Positions 9,243 through 18,979 of a stretch of DNA of 64,000 nucleotides are shown here, one piece after another. This stretch comes from a virus. The translations under genes were made by a program, and so were the position numbers. Each line of letters opens with the position of its first letter. The stretch's first letter is position 1. The notes under the pieces are model-generated. The model was not told where the DNA came from, did not search any database, and saw only the letters and a program-made list of their open reading frames with translations. The stretch is from positions 25,748 to 89,747 of the IMG/VR virus record IMGVR_UViG_3300042731_006881; one strand, written 5' to 3'.

Positions 9243-10553
9243 TCACGCAGCTTTTTTGGCGGCTTCGCCTTCTTCTCGGCTACCGCAACACGGTTCGTCG
9301 TCGCTTGGTTTTCGGATTCCGATCTTTTCACGAACCCAGTCCTCTGGAATGTCCAGCTTGTCAGCCAGCTTTGACACTATTTCTGCGACATCAATTCGCT
9401 CAAGGTCAGCCTCGGTCTTGAACCTGAACGTTCCCCTTCGCGCTGTCGGCCAATTGAAACCGTAGATATGCGCTACGATGTCTCGGTTCACGCTAGCCTC
9501 AACACCAGTTACGTCGAAGTCGCGAACGTCGAGACGAATGTTGTTCTGCACCTCTCCAAGGGAACGTGCCCCTCGACTCCCGGCTTCTGTGGTGAGTGTC
9601 TGCCCTACTGTGGCCTTACTCATCTCCTGACCGAAGAACTCGGACATCTCACGGTGCACGCTCTGTAGACCTGCTCCAGACATCTTCGGCCAGAACACGT
9701 CCAGGTCAATCGAGTCTGGCTTCACCGCTGCGCCTGTAGATGACAGTGCCCGCAACGCTCCCCTCGCAAACTCGCGGTCCTTTCCGTCAGAGCTTTTGGT
9801 ATATGATGCGATTCGCCACGGCTTCCATCCCATCTCTGCGAGAAGCAGCCAGTCACGAACTCCCCAGTTACGAAAGAGGGCCAGCCACAGCAGAACTCTA
9901 GCAAGCCCCTCACGAACCCTTACGTCTCCATTTACCCGAGGAAGGTAGTGGATGAAGTTCCCAGCCGGGTACTCCTCCAACAGGTCCACGCCACTGTTCT
10001 CTGGTTCCTGACCGAACTCAACGAACACTAATCTGGAATCACTGCGACGGAACCCGAAGCGGCGAGAACTGATTCTGTTGAACGCGACTGGTACCTCCAT
10101 CCCAGCGAGTTCCCCAAACCGCTCGAATCCCCAGATGTTCTCTGCCCACGCTCCGGTTGGAAACAGTGTTCCCTCACCGACCAGGTGAGCCAACAGCACG
10201 ACGAAGTCGTCGCACTGCTCGATAGCTCGCTGCGTGAGTAGGGCCTGTTTCTTTTCCTCCGTGGTTGCCTCAGGTGGTGGATCGATTCCCCACGGTAGAC
10301 CAGCGAGGGCTATCTCGCGGGTCCCCAACACCGCCTGGAAATGCCCGTCCTTCTGGCGGCACTCGTGAACTAGGTCAACCAGCTTTGCCGGGCGGCCCAT
10401 GTCCGCATCGTAGATGATATTGGAGACTTCACCAGGTGTTAGGTTACCTCCGATGCGGCTGAACTGCCTCCACAGTGCAACCTCAGAGACGATCGTATCG
10501 ACGACACCTCGAGCAGCCCCAAGCGCATTCTGGAAGAATTCTATCAAGCTCAT
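9243..10553 (-). CDS. Portal protein (DUF935 / Mu gp29-like)
   Basis: KDGHFQAVLGTR, EMSKATVGQTLTT, ARSLGEVQ; start set at MSLIEFF. Confidence 0.9.
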   Translation of the reverse strand: MSLIEFFQNALGAARGVVDTIVSEVALWRQFSRIGGNLTPGEVSNIIYDADMGRPAKLVDLVHECRQKDGHFQAVLGTREIALAGLPWGIDPPPEATTEEKKQALLTQRAIEQCDDFVVLLAHLVGEGTLFPTGAWAENIWGFERFGELAGMEVPVAFNRISSRRFGFRRSDSRLVFVEFGQEPENSGVDLLEEYPAGNFIHYLPRVNGDVRVREGLARVLLWLALFRNWGVRDWLLLAEMGWKPWRIASYTKSSDGKDREFARGALRALSSTGAAVKPDSIDLDVFWPKMSGAGLQSVHREMSEFFGQEMSKATVGQTLTTEAGSRGARSLGEVQNNIRLDVRDFDVTGVEASVNRDIVAHIYGFNWPTARRGTFRFKTEADLERIDVAEIVSKLADKLDIPEDWVREKIGIRKPSDDEPCCGSREEGEAAKKAA

Positions 10554-10567
10554 GCGCGTCGCACTCG

Positions 10568-11167
10568 CTACTCGTATAGCACAACACCAACGTCGGTAGT
10601 GTCTGCGTAAACGCGACTCACCGTGACAGGCTCGTGCTGATGAGAAGACACTGCCAGGTTGTCGGTGAAATCTCCAGGATAGCCGACCTTTACGGTCCCT
10701 GACCCAACAGGCTTCATCAGCAGCTTGTTGTCCGTACCATGTCTCCTGCGGCAAGCAACCCCAGAGAAACCAAACTGAAAAGCCCCCGAGGCTCCGTCCT
10801 GCGCAGGAACGGAGATTCCTGTCACTGTATCTAGCGGTGACGAAGCAACAATGGTCTGATCTCCTCCAGCATTTGTTAGCTTGGTCTCCACCGTGACGGG
10901 AATGCCGTCACGAGTTCCGTTCCAGACGATCGGGTCTGTAGTGTTGTAGGTTGACGCTGACGCAGATGTCGTGACAGACGGGTACCGAGGGAGCCCCATC
11001 TTGGACTCAGTCACGGGACCTGGGTTCGCCAAAGCACCGTTCAGGTCGGCTTCTTCGTAAACGACAGCCGTCTCCGACGTCGCAACCGAAGTCTTGAACG
11101 CATCCGTGTCCGCCAGCGATCCCGCTGTCGCGAACGTATGCGTTCGATGCGCAATCCCTTCTCTCAC
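10568..11167 (-). CDS. Virion-type beta-rich protein, paralogous to the sheath insertion domain
   Basis: Shares ADxNGALA, PR[YF], GTxDGxPVT and SGxFxFG with sheath residues ~205-315. Confidence 0.65.
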   Translation of the reverse strand: MREGIAHRTHTFATAGSLADTDAFKTSVATSETAVVYEEADLNGALANPGPVTESKMGLPRYPSVTTSASASTYNTTDPIVWNGTRDGIPVTVETKLTNAGGDQTIVASSPLDTVTGISVPAQDGASGAFQFGFSGVACRRRHGTDNKLLMKPVGSGTVKVGYPGDFTDNLAVSSHQHEPVTVSRVYADTTDVGVVLYE

Positions 11168-11182
11168 TGGCTACCTCGGTAC

Positions 11183-11605
11183 CTAGGACACCACGACGAA
11201 AACGACGTTGATGGTCCAGTTTCCTGCAGTTAGGCTAGCAAGCGCCGTGGCGGCGAATGTAGCAACAAGCTGCTGCTCGCTGAAGAACCCCACGGGGCAC
11301 GCTCCAGCTGTACCGCTTCTTGCCCCAACCGTCATAGCGTCCAGATCAGTACTGGCAACGATCGCATCATCGTCTGTACCACCGATCTTGATGGTCAGGT
11401 CGCTCTGGCCAGCTCCCTGCTCGTTGCACACGATTTGATGCCCGAGAACCCAAGCATTTTCCGGAAGTGCGGCGCCAACGTTTACCTCAGCACTCGTCCC
11501 AGTGAGGTTTGCCTCGTCCACAGTTACAGTCCTCACCTGAATCGCGCCGGCCAAGTTTCTAGCGACCTGATCACCGAACGCAGGAACGTGTCCAAACCCA
11601 ATCAT
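11183..11605 (-). CDS. Hypothetical beta-rich virion/decoration protein
   Basis: 140 aa; LPENAWV...IKIGGTDDD...LTAG pattern resembling spike-base/decoration proteins. Confidence 0.5.
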   Translation of the reverse strand: MIGFGHVPAFGDQVARNLAGAIQVRTVTVDEANLTGTSAEVNVGAALPENAWVLGHQIVCNEQGAGQSDLTIKIGGTDDDAIVASTDLDAMTVGARSGTAGACPVGFFSEQQLVATFAATALASLTAGNWTINVVFVVVS

Positions 11606-11696
11606 TTATCACCTCACTGGTGTCTAGTTAGGCAGACCATTGGGGATGGCTGGTCTGCGAGTGGCCATTGGCAGGATAGCCGAAAGAGAACAGACT

Positions 11697-13259
11697 TCAG
11701 AACCCGCAGGACTCGCCGCCCCAACGGGAAAGTTGCATCGACGGGTCATTGAGCATCTCTTCGTTTGCTTCCTCAGCAAACGTCGTGTCAACAACGCTAC
11801 CGTTCCAGATCGCAAGCGCCAAAGCGTCGTAGTAGTCGGTGGAGCGTCCCAGGCGTTTCTTGATGTCCGCCTTCTTCTCTACCTTGCGTGCACCGTTTGT
11901 GTGGAGTGAGTACTTTGGTGCAACGAGGTCAGATTCGAGCTTGGGGCAACTCGGGAATGCGCCTCCTTCTACGATCCAATTCCTCACCGAGTAGTGAAGC
12001 TCAGTGCGAAGGTTGTAGTATTCCTCCGGCTCAGTGCTCGACTCGCTTGCGTTTACCGGTACTACAGTGACGTTGTCGTCATCCTCGTAGTTCTGTCTGA
12101 GTAGGTCGTATGGGCCCGATCCGTGACCTCCGGTCGTGTCCAGCTTGATGCGAACTCGCTCGCCAGGTTTCCTCATGTCGGATACCGTGCGAATAACCAG
12201 GCCCGTTACCTCGGTGTTGTCGAAGCCGTTGACCGCAACTGGAATGTACGCAACCGTTCCACGAACTGGCTGCACCACGGTGTCGTCGTCGCCAAAACGC
12301 GCCACGTCGACACCAATGTCAAGAACCATTCCTGGCTCAATCTCTCCGTTCTCGACATCCTCCCACCGGGAAAGTGCAAGCTCGACGAGCGCGACACCGA
12401 TCACCGAGTCGGCAGCCTGCGCCGGGAAGTTACCGTCTACGCGAACATCGTAGATGGGATTGCCGGGGCCTCCGTACTTTTCCCGCATCTCCTCGACCCA
12501 CTCCGGGGTCGCGAGTCCGGTGATCCGCCTGCCTCCTGGTTGGCAGTTTGGGGAATCCGCGCTCGAGATGTGGATTAGCGCGCCATCATCGTAGAGGTGA
12601 CGCTGCGTCGTGAACGCTTCGTATAGCTCTCCAGACGTTTGCGTCGGGTTGCCCATCATGACCAGCCTGGCCCCGCCAGCGCGGTTTCCGTGGATGGCCT
12701 GGAAGATATCCTCGGGTACTCCAGAGGCTTCATCCACGATGTAGAGCACCTCCGCGCCAGAGATGCCAGAGAAGTTGTCGGGGTCTTTCGTCGAAAATCC
12801 GAAGATCTCTCGACCGTCGTCGAACTGGATTCCAGTTCCAGGGTCCTTCGGGACCTCTGGCATGTGGTATCCGCGGGCTACCGCTAATTTTCGTAGCCTT
12901 CGCAGTTCCCGCCACAACACCTTTCGGATCTGACGGTCCGTTGGAGCAGTGAGTACAACACGAGCATCTTGCCGGGTGCAGGCAAACCACCATGCCAGCG
13001 CCGATACAACGAAGCTCTTGCCAACCTTGTGACCAGACCGGCACGCCACAAGCATCGATACAACGACCGCCAGTGCAATCGCTGCCTGCCTGTCCCATGG
13101 CTCGCACCCGAAGACGTCGCAGACGAACCCAACCGGATCGTCGCGGTACTTGCTTAAGTCGCTAGGTGTTGGCTGGTGGCGTTTCGCCTTCCCCAGTCTC
13201 TTCTTCCTCTCCGTCGCCTTTCTCTTCCAGCGCATCGAGGAGCTTGAGGAACCACTCAT
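11697..13259 (-). CDS. terL: Terminase large subunit
   Basis: Walker A RSGHKVGKS, Walker B IVDEASG, MGNPT, nuclease GVDVARFGDD and DYYDALALA. Confidence 0.95.
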   Translation of the reverse strand: MSGSSSSSMRWKRKATERKKRLGKAKRHQPTPSDLSKYRDDPVGFVCDVFGCEPWDRQAAIALAVVVSMLVACRSGHKVGKSFVVSALAWWFACTRQDARVVLTAPTDRQIRKVLWRELRRLRKLAVARGYHMPEVPKDPGTGIQFDDGREIFGFSTKDPDNFSGISGAEVLYIVDEASGVPEDIFQAIHGNRAGGARLVMMGNPTQTSGELYEAFTTQRHLYDDGALIHISSADSPNCQPGGRRITGLATPEWVEEMREKYGGPGNPIYDVRVDGNFPAQAADSVIGVALVELALSRWEDVENGEIEPGMVLDIGVDVARFGDDDTVVQPVRGTVAYIPVAVNGFDNTEVTGLVIRTVSDMRKPGERVRIKLDTTGGHGSGPYDLLRQNYEDDDNVTVVPVNASESSTEPEEYYNLRTELHYSVRNWIVEGGAFPSCPKLESDLVAPKYSLHTNGARKVEKKADIKKRLGRSTDYYDALALAIWNGSVVDTTFAEEANEEMLNDPSMQLSRWGGESCGF

Positions 13260-13674
13260 CAGGCAGCACTCGCTGTGCCGTGTCTAGCATCACGTCGAGC
13301 TCTCTTTCAATCTCGACACTCACGCGCTGCGAAAACTGCTTCGGGTAGGCTCGACTCAAAACCTCCAGAGCAGCCTTTGCAGGACCGAACGAAACACCCC
13401 TGTCGTCTCCACTGAGAACCTTGCGAAGAAGACTCACCTTTGCGTCTGCACGTGCGCGGGTTACGGCCGTGAAAAACTCTCGGTGCACTCCATTTTGTTC
13501 ATTCCGACCCCGAATCATCCATTTCCTGAATGTCGAGTCGTCGATGCCGCAAACCTGTGCCGCATCCTCAATGTAGTGCCCTTCGCGAATGAGTCGCAGA
13601 AGCTTAGTCTTCGTACTGGCTGTGAGCTTAGTTGGCCTTCCAAACGGCTTGTTGTTGGCCTTCCTGGTAGCCAT
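13162..13674 (-). CDS. terS: Terminase small subunit
   Basis: GRPTKLT N-terminus with HTH (AAQVCGIDDSTFRKW); upstream of and overlapping terL. Confidence 0.8.
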   Translation of the reverse strand: MATRKANNKPFGRPTKLTASTKTKLLRLIREGHYIEDAAQVCGIDDSTFRKWMIRGRNEQNGVHREFFTAVTRARADAKVSLLRKVLSGDDRGVSFGPAKAALEVLSRAYPKQFSQRVSVEIERELDVMLDTAQRVLPDEWFLKLLDALEEKGDGEEEETGEGETPPANT

Positions 13675-13779
13675 TTTCTTCTCTCTGTTGTTTCAGATTG
13701 TATCCCCCTCAGTTTCTCTATCCCCTAGTCTTCCACCAGTGGGTGGCTGACACGGTTCGATCCAACCTGAACCGTCCTG

Positions 13780-14160
13780 CTAAAGACTACGTCCTGGGGT
13801 GGTCGGCTCGGTCGGTTGTTGGCCAAGCGGCCTGCATACTGTACGCCTTAGTTTAATGTGTGAATTCCGCAACATGACTAGCTTTGCGTCGATATCTTCT
13901 ACTCGGTCTCGTATTTCATAAATCGCCTTTGCTAACTCTCCATGATGGCGCATGTAGGAAGCGAATGCGTCCACCGAAACGTACCAGTGCCCTCGCTGTC
14001 CCCAGCGTTTCATCACTTCGATTCCAGAGTCGTCGTGGATGGCTCGAATGTGGCGTTTCAGGGTGCGTGTGGAGTGCCCCGATATCTTCGCCGCCACGCT
14101 CATCAGCAGCCACCGCCCCTGGATTCGGTTCAGGTCATCGACCAGGTTACTCACTGCCAA
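13780..14160 (-). CDS. HTH DNA-binding protein
   Basis: SVAAKISGHSTRTLKR helix-turn-helix. Confidence 0.55.
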   Translation of the reverse strand: MAVSNLVDDLNRIQGRWLLMSVAAKISGHSTRTLKRHIRAIHDDSGIEVMKRWGQRGHWYVSVDAFASYMRHHGELAKAIYEIRDRVEDIDAKLVMLRNSHIKLRRTVCRPLGQQPTEPTTPGRSL

Positions 14161-14258
14161 CCACCATCCTACAGATCATAGTTTTGTTCTTTCATTTCGC
14201 AACGTTGCGCTAGTTTTGCGGCAGGGTTCAGATCGCCGTCTTTGTGCTTGAAGAAGCA

Positions 14259-15020
14259 CTATTCGCTCAGCCATGCCTCAGCTACCACACGGCGAGCGTA
14301 TGCGAAGGCCCGGTGAGCCTGCTTGGTTGCCTGCTCCGCGCGATTTCGTAGCGGACCAAGCGCAGCGTCGTCACCCATCTGTGCGAGGTTCAGGACTACC
14401 TCAAACTGGTCCTGGTGTGGTTTCTTCCTCTTCCCTGCCAGAATTGCCAATGCATCCTTGAACGCAGCAACCACCGAGTCGTCGTGCGCCAGCAGCATCG
14501 CTACCCCAGACACCTCGCCAAACATGGCCTCCACCCCCTGAGGGAAGGTCATCCACGGGTGACGGACCAGCTCTGTCGCTTCGTCGACGTCAGAATTTGT
14601 TCTAAGCCGTCGTGTTGTTGTGTACTTCGGAACACGGACGACCGTCCCCATTGCTCTCTCTGGTAGTCGCAGACAGTATCGTGCAATGAGTACGCGGTGG
14701 GGGTGGAGTCCTCGACTCTGCCACCACCTAGGGCACCCGTGCCCGCTCGGAGTATCTGGGGATGAACCGTGTGGAACCAGAGGAAGAACGCTTTCCCATA
14801 CCATCCTGAGGCGGCTATGGCGCGCGCACTGCCTCCGGTTGATTGCAGGAGCTGCTCGCGGGACGTCACTTGGAACCCCTTTAGCACACCCGCTCATGAT
14901 CGCAGCTATCTGACCTCCAAGGTTCGACTGCGCTCCAAGCGCCGAATCGGCTTCTGTAAGAAACCATTCGATGTCCGCAGAGTAGAGGTCAGAACGAAAA
15001 GTTGCTCTAGATACTGCCAT
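14259..15020 (-). CDS. Hypothetical protein (late-regulator position)
   Basis: Probable start MAVSRATF at 15020; lies just upstream of the packaging operon. Confidence 0.45.
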   Translation of the reverse strand: MAVSRATFRSDLYSADIEWFLTEADSALGAQSNLGGQIAAIMSGCAKGVPSDVPRAAPAINRRQCARHSRLRMVWESVLPLVPHGSSPDTPSGHGCPRWWQSRGLHPHRVLIARYCLRLPERAMGTVVRVPKYTTTRRLRTNSDVDEATELVRHPWMTFPQGVEAMFGEVSGVAMLLAHDDSVVAAFKDALAILAGKRKKPHQDQFEVVLNLAQMGDDAALGPLRNRAEQATKQAHRAFAYARRVVAEAWLSE

Positions 15021-15279
15021 CCGATACCAGCTTCCCACTCCTAACACCTCCAGCCGTCTCTTCGAGCTTCCTAGCCCATTCATCCAGGCACTCTGGAGGC
15101 GGCTCCCACGTATCAGATGAGGCGTATTCAATCCGCTTGAGCCACGCGAGCAGATCAAGCTTTTGCTGCTCACGGAGCCCCATGAACCACGTGAGCGAAG
15201 GGCACGTGATGCCTCCAATCCGTGTGATGAGCAGCTTCATCCGTTTGCTGCATTCGGCTTCAATGCACAGCGATCCCAT
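15007..15279 (-). CDS. Hypothetical protein
   Basis: RBS GGAGG; N-terminus duplicated with that of 15704..16189. Confidence 0.5.
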   Translation of the reverse strand: MGSLCIEAECSKRMKLLITRIGGITCPSLTWFMGLREQQKLDLLAWLKRIEYASSDTWEPPPECLDEWARKLEETAGGVRSGKLVSDGSI

Positions 15280-15422
15280 CTATTCCTCCATTCCTGCTCG
15301 CTCTCTCCGAGCGGTTTCCAGCATCTTGCTAACGTCAGCGAACAGTGCCTCGTAAAGCGAGACAACTTCTGCCATATCGAACGCCTTCTTGAGCCCATCG
15401 CTGCTGATTCTCTCCATCGCGG

Positions 15423-15707
15423 TCATGCAGGAACCCACTTTCCTTCACGCACAAATCCGTGAAGCTTGCATCGTGTACAGAGCAGCGACGGGCTCAGTGT
15501 TATCGGTTCTAGTGACTGGACATTCCAGCCGTTGCTCCAGGTTGGCTGCAGTGGAATCGCATCCTCACGAAGACATCCTAGGCAGGAGTGCTCGTATTCT
15601 AGCGCATCAATCTCTCCATCGAAATAGCGGACCCTTGCGCGAACTCCATGGCCAAGGTCCTGCCACTCTCCGAGAGAGAATCGCTCATCCATGTTGCTCA
15701 GAGTCAT
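15423..15707 (-). CDS. Small Cys/His protein (DUF6527-like)
   Basis: TLSPSLLCTRCKLHGFVREGKW. Confidence 0.55.
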   Translation of the reverse strand: MTLSNMDERFSLGEWQDLGHGVRARVRYFDGEIDALEYEHSCLGCLREDAIPLQPTWSNGWNVQSLEPITLSPSLLCTRCKLHGFVREGKWVPA

Positions 15708-16189
15708 GGCATCTCGAACGGTTTCAGGTCTCCGCGCAGATACAGCGGGTGCGCTGGTGACCGGTCTCTGTTTAGTTTCAGCGCATTCTGCGCCTTGCCA
15801 ATACTCCGTACCAACTCTAGCACGTACTCTCCACGCTCGTTGTCTGGTCCTATGGCACGAGGATCTGGTGGTACAAGCTTCGGGTTGGTCTCACGCCACG
15901 CTCGAACGTTGGCGACCCAGCACCACCCATAACCCCATCCACCAGCGTATCCAACTGCTCTGGTAACCGTTGGGTCCATAGCCTCCGGTGTCGCCGTCGA
16001 TGGATTCGCGAGGATGAAGAGGCATACACGGTCGTTCACGCAACACGTTGGGTACCGCAGCAGGTAACGGAACCGACGCCCGCGGCAGAACGGATCACCA
16101 CACTGCTCGTGCTCCTCACACTCAGAGAACTCAGCCGATGGGACTGCATCTTTGCATTCGGCTTCAATGCACAGTGTTTCGTAGTTCAT
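15704..16189 (-). CDS. DUF1643 family protein
   Basis: FRYLLR, FILANPSTA, DPTVTR, RETNP, HPLY motifs. Confidence 0.8.
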   Translation of the reverse strand: MNYETLCIEAECKDAVPSAEFSECEEHEQCGDPFCRGRRFRYLLRYPTCCVNDRVCLFILANPSTATPEAMDPTVTRAVGYAGGWGYGWCWVANVRAWRETNPKLVPPDPRAIGPDNERGEYVLELVRSIGKAQNALKLNRDRSPAHPLYLRGDLKPFEMP

Positions 16190-16510
16190 CTATTCCTCCA
16201 TTCCTGCTCGCTATCCAAACCTCCATGCTTGCTCGCCCACTTCCGCACGCATTGCTGCCAGCGCGCGTCGAGGTGTTCCTGATATAGCTTCTGCTCACGC
16301 TCGATCCGCTCTGACTCCTGTTCTGCGATGCGGCGCTCGATTTCTCCCTCCCTCGCTGCCACCTCTGCCTTGAGTTCGTCGATGCTGAAGCTGGAGATGG
16401 GGTTCAGTGTCGGGAAGTCACCATGTAGAGACAGCCGCACGATAGGAAGCGGGTCGATGAACTTCGCTGCGGCCGCGTACTGCATCGCGGTCAGCAGTGC
16501 GTTGGTAGCG

Positions 16511-17389
16511 CTATCGGCCACTACACACCTCCGGCCATTCACGAGGCCACGGTCCACCAGGCCAATGCTGCGGATCCCCCCCCTTTCGGTCATGCTGGTT
16601 GGCAATCTGCTTGGTGAAGAACGGGACTTTTGCTTTGTGGCATTGATCGCGTAGCGACTCAGCCCAACTAAGATCCATTTGTCTAGCTCCAGGGCCAGAC
16701 TCTGAACCTGCGATCACCCAGTCGAGCGTGTGGTCCGCGTCACGGCATGGTCTACCCATGTCCGTGTTGCGGCCCGTCAGGGAGTCAAGTTGATAGAATG
16801 GTCCGCCGGGGTGGGCGCGTTCGGCGTCGATGTGCTCGAGATCTATTGGGCCCAAAAATGGCTCTGCGCTCACGAACCTCACTGCAGCAGGAGTCTGCAG
16901 CAGCATCGGGATGCGCTTGTCTGCGGTGGCCTGGTTCTCGACGGATACGCCGATCCATACGTTTGGAATGTGCCAACGCGGTGGGTACAGAAAAAGCTCA
17001 TTCCACCTAGAGAACCACTCCAACATCCGCTGAGCCCTCTTCGTCAGCACCTGAAACGTGTGCTGAGGACAGGCAGCCATCACGCCGAACACTGTCGCAA
17101 TTTGCTCATCGGACAGCATCCCGTGGAACAGGTCGCTCATGCTTGCCACGAACACCATGCGAGGCTTGCGCCACCGCAGCGGTGCGTCGAGCATCTCCGG
17201 AACGAAGCGTACCTCGCCAGTCCATATCGGACCACGCTTGCTGAGCATAGTCAGCCCCTCGTATGGCAGACACGATCCGCTGAAACGGTGCGCCATTCGC
17301 ATCGCGTAGCAGTTTCGGCACCCTTCCGAGACGCGGGAGCATCCTCGCACCGGATTCCACGTTTCGGTCGTCCACTCGATTTTGCTCAT
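16511..17389 (-). CDS. DUF5131 / phage Gp37-Gp68 family (radical-SAM-like)
   Basis: IEWTTETWNPVRGCSRVSEGCRNCYA, SMSDLFH, HTFQVLTKR, WVIAGSESG. Confidence 0.9.
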   Translation of the reverse strand: MSKIEWTTETWNPVRGCSRVSEGCRNCYAMRMAHRFSGSCLPYEGLTMLSKRGPIWTGEVRFVPEMLDAPLRWRKPRMVFVASMSDLFHGMLSDEQIATVFGVMAACPQHTFQVLTKRAQRMLEWFSRWNELFLYPPRWHIPNVWIGVSVENQATADKRIPMLLQTPAAVRFVSAEPFLGPIDLEHIDAERAHPGGPFYQLDSLTGRNTDMGRPCRDADHTLDWVIAGSESGPGARQMDLSWAESLRDQCHKAKVPFFTKQIANQHDRKGGDPQHWPGGPWPREWPEVCSGR

Positions 17390-17889
17390 GCTTGCTCCAG
17401 CTTTCTTACCCGATCACGAAGCGATCTGATGTCTTTCTGTATGCGCTTGCTTCGGTCTAGCTCTCTTGACACATCCTCGCGAGCCTTCTCCAACAAGTAC
17501 TTTGTTAGAGAACTTTTCGTGGTGAACACCAGACTGGCGTCGTGCAAACAAACACGGTCGTGCGAAACGAGTTCAACCACTTCACCGCCTCCGAACGGGT
17601 ACCGGTCACTGTGGCTTCGGGGTCTCCTGCTTCCTTTGATCATCAGCCGCTCCGTGAACTCTGGCTCGTCATCGTAGCGATTCTGCGGAACGACAAACAC
17701 CTTCTGTGTCGAATGCCACTGAGCCACGCAAGCGGCAGGGTCAGTGTAGACGCGCGCTGACGGGATTACATCAGCCCGATTGCTAGACTTCTTCGCCATC
17801 AGGAATGCTACACGCCCTACAATCGCACCCCATCGCTCCTTTGGCGCGTTCTTGCGCTTGTCCCATATGTACAGCTTTTGTAGTTTCAC
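17386..17889 (-). CDS. Hypothetical protein
   Basis: 167 aa ORF coupled (4-bp overlap) to the next gene. Confidence 0.5.
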   Translation of the reverse strand: MKLQKLYIWDKRKNAPKERWGAIVGRVAFLMAKKSSNRADVIPSARVYTDPAACVAQWHSTQKVFVVPQNRYDDEPEFTERLMIKGSRRPRSHSDRYPFGGGEVVELVSHDRVCLHDASLVFTTKSSLTKYLLEKAREDVSRELDRSKRIQKDIRSLRDRVRKLEQA

Positions 17890-17973
17890 AGTCTTTCCTC
17901 AATGTGGTGTTGTCTTCACCAGTGGTCGCTCTGGATGCATACCAGTCACTGCTGTCCAATAGCGAGTAGGCCA

Positions 17974-18483
17974 TCAGAACCCCCTCGCTATTAACATCCT
18001 CGCTATCTTCAGCTCATTCTCGAGCTCAGCAATTCGCTCACGAAGTCGCTTGCATGCAGCTCTCGCCCCACACCTGATCCTCCTCGCGTGAACGGTGGTA
18101 CCGGAGAGGCTTGGTGCCAGCGGATACACGTCGCACACGTCGGTTGCGTTTGGGACTTCGATCTTGATCGAACACCACTTATCCCGGTGAACTCCGCCTG
18201 ATTCGATGCTGTCAGCAATCTGTCTGGCAGCATCGGCAGAATCGTATTTTCCGATCTTGCGCCAGTCTCTCTCCAGCCGGCGCCACCAGTACGCATAGAC
18301 GTCTCTCTCAATCGCGTCAGCTGCGTTCCTGAGAGCTTGGGCCACTGGATCTAGCGAGTCAGCTGTCCCCAACAACGCGCGCGATCCAATCGATCCGTCT
18401 GGACGCACGCACATCCTGATGAGCTCTGGGACGGCCTCCAACGAGTTGGCGATTTCGCGTAGTCGGTTCATCTCAGCGACCAT
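17974..18483 (-). CDS. Hypothetical protein
   Basis: 169 aa ORF in operon orientation. Confidence 0.45.
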   Translation of the reverse strand: MVAEMNRLREIANSLEAVPELIRMCVRPDGSIGSRALLGTADSLDPVAQALRNAADAIERDVYAYWWRRLERDWRKIGKYDSADAARQIADSIESGGVHRDKWCSIKIEVPNATDVCDVYPLAPSLSGTTVHARRIRCGARAACKRLRERIAELENELKIARMLIARGF

Positions 18484-18631
18484 TTCGACACATCCAGCAG
18501 GTTCATGCTGCCCTCTTCAGTTGCTCCTGGCACCAGAGCACCACTGAGCCGGGAGGGTCGGTCTTTACGCTCTCCAGCAACGATCTGGTGACCCATCACC
18601 TCAACGATTGCCCAGACGGAGAATTCCTCGC

Positions 18632-18979
18632 TCATTGGTAGCCACTCCCGTCGTCCACGATGACGCGCTCATGACCATGGTGTATTGGTGGTGGATCTGG
18701 CCGATGCATCGGTATCCCTGCCTCGGTCAACAGTTGCTCGATCGCGTCGGCTGCTCCGAGCTCTAGCGAGTTGTCCGTCTTCATGCATGCGCGGTCCAGG
18801 AAGAGCGCTCTTGCTACTCGGAGGGACTCTGCCCAGCCCTTCCATGGGCTCAAGTTCCGAAAATGGTGTACAACTAACCTTTGTGCACCATCGCGACAAG
18901 AAGCTCGAGCGACAGCAATTTCAACCTCGTAGACTATCATATCTACGACGGCTTCTATTCCTCTACTCATCTTCATCAA
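18632..18979 (-). CDS. Hypothetical protein
   Basis: Coupled to the dnaB stop codon. Confidence 0.45.
   Translation of the reverse strand: MMKMSRGIEAVVDMIVYEVEIAVARASCRDGAQRLVVHHFRNLSPWKGWAESLRVARALFLDRACMKTDNSLELGAADAIEQLLTEAGIPMHRPDPPPIHHGHERVIVDDGSGYQ

Larger units (their letters stand above)
15249..16212. repeat. Direct repeat pair spanning RBS and N-terminus of two genes
   Basis: TGCATTCGGCTTCAATGCACAG + CATCTATTCCTCCATTCCTGCTCGCT at 15249-15302 and 16153-16212. Confidence 0.85.

Noticed and set aside
13752-13775. GGTTCGATCC as a fourth tRNA-like element
   Set aside because: No T-stem or acceptor stem; it is a simple ACGGTTC/GAACCGT hairpin
16730-17677. Long opposite-strand or alternate-frame ORFs (e.g. 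16730..17677, 20540..21289, the 5' part of 58961..60319)
   Set aside because: Shadow ORFs of well-supported genes in GC-rich DNA, without recognisable motifs
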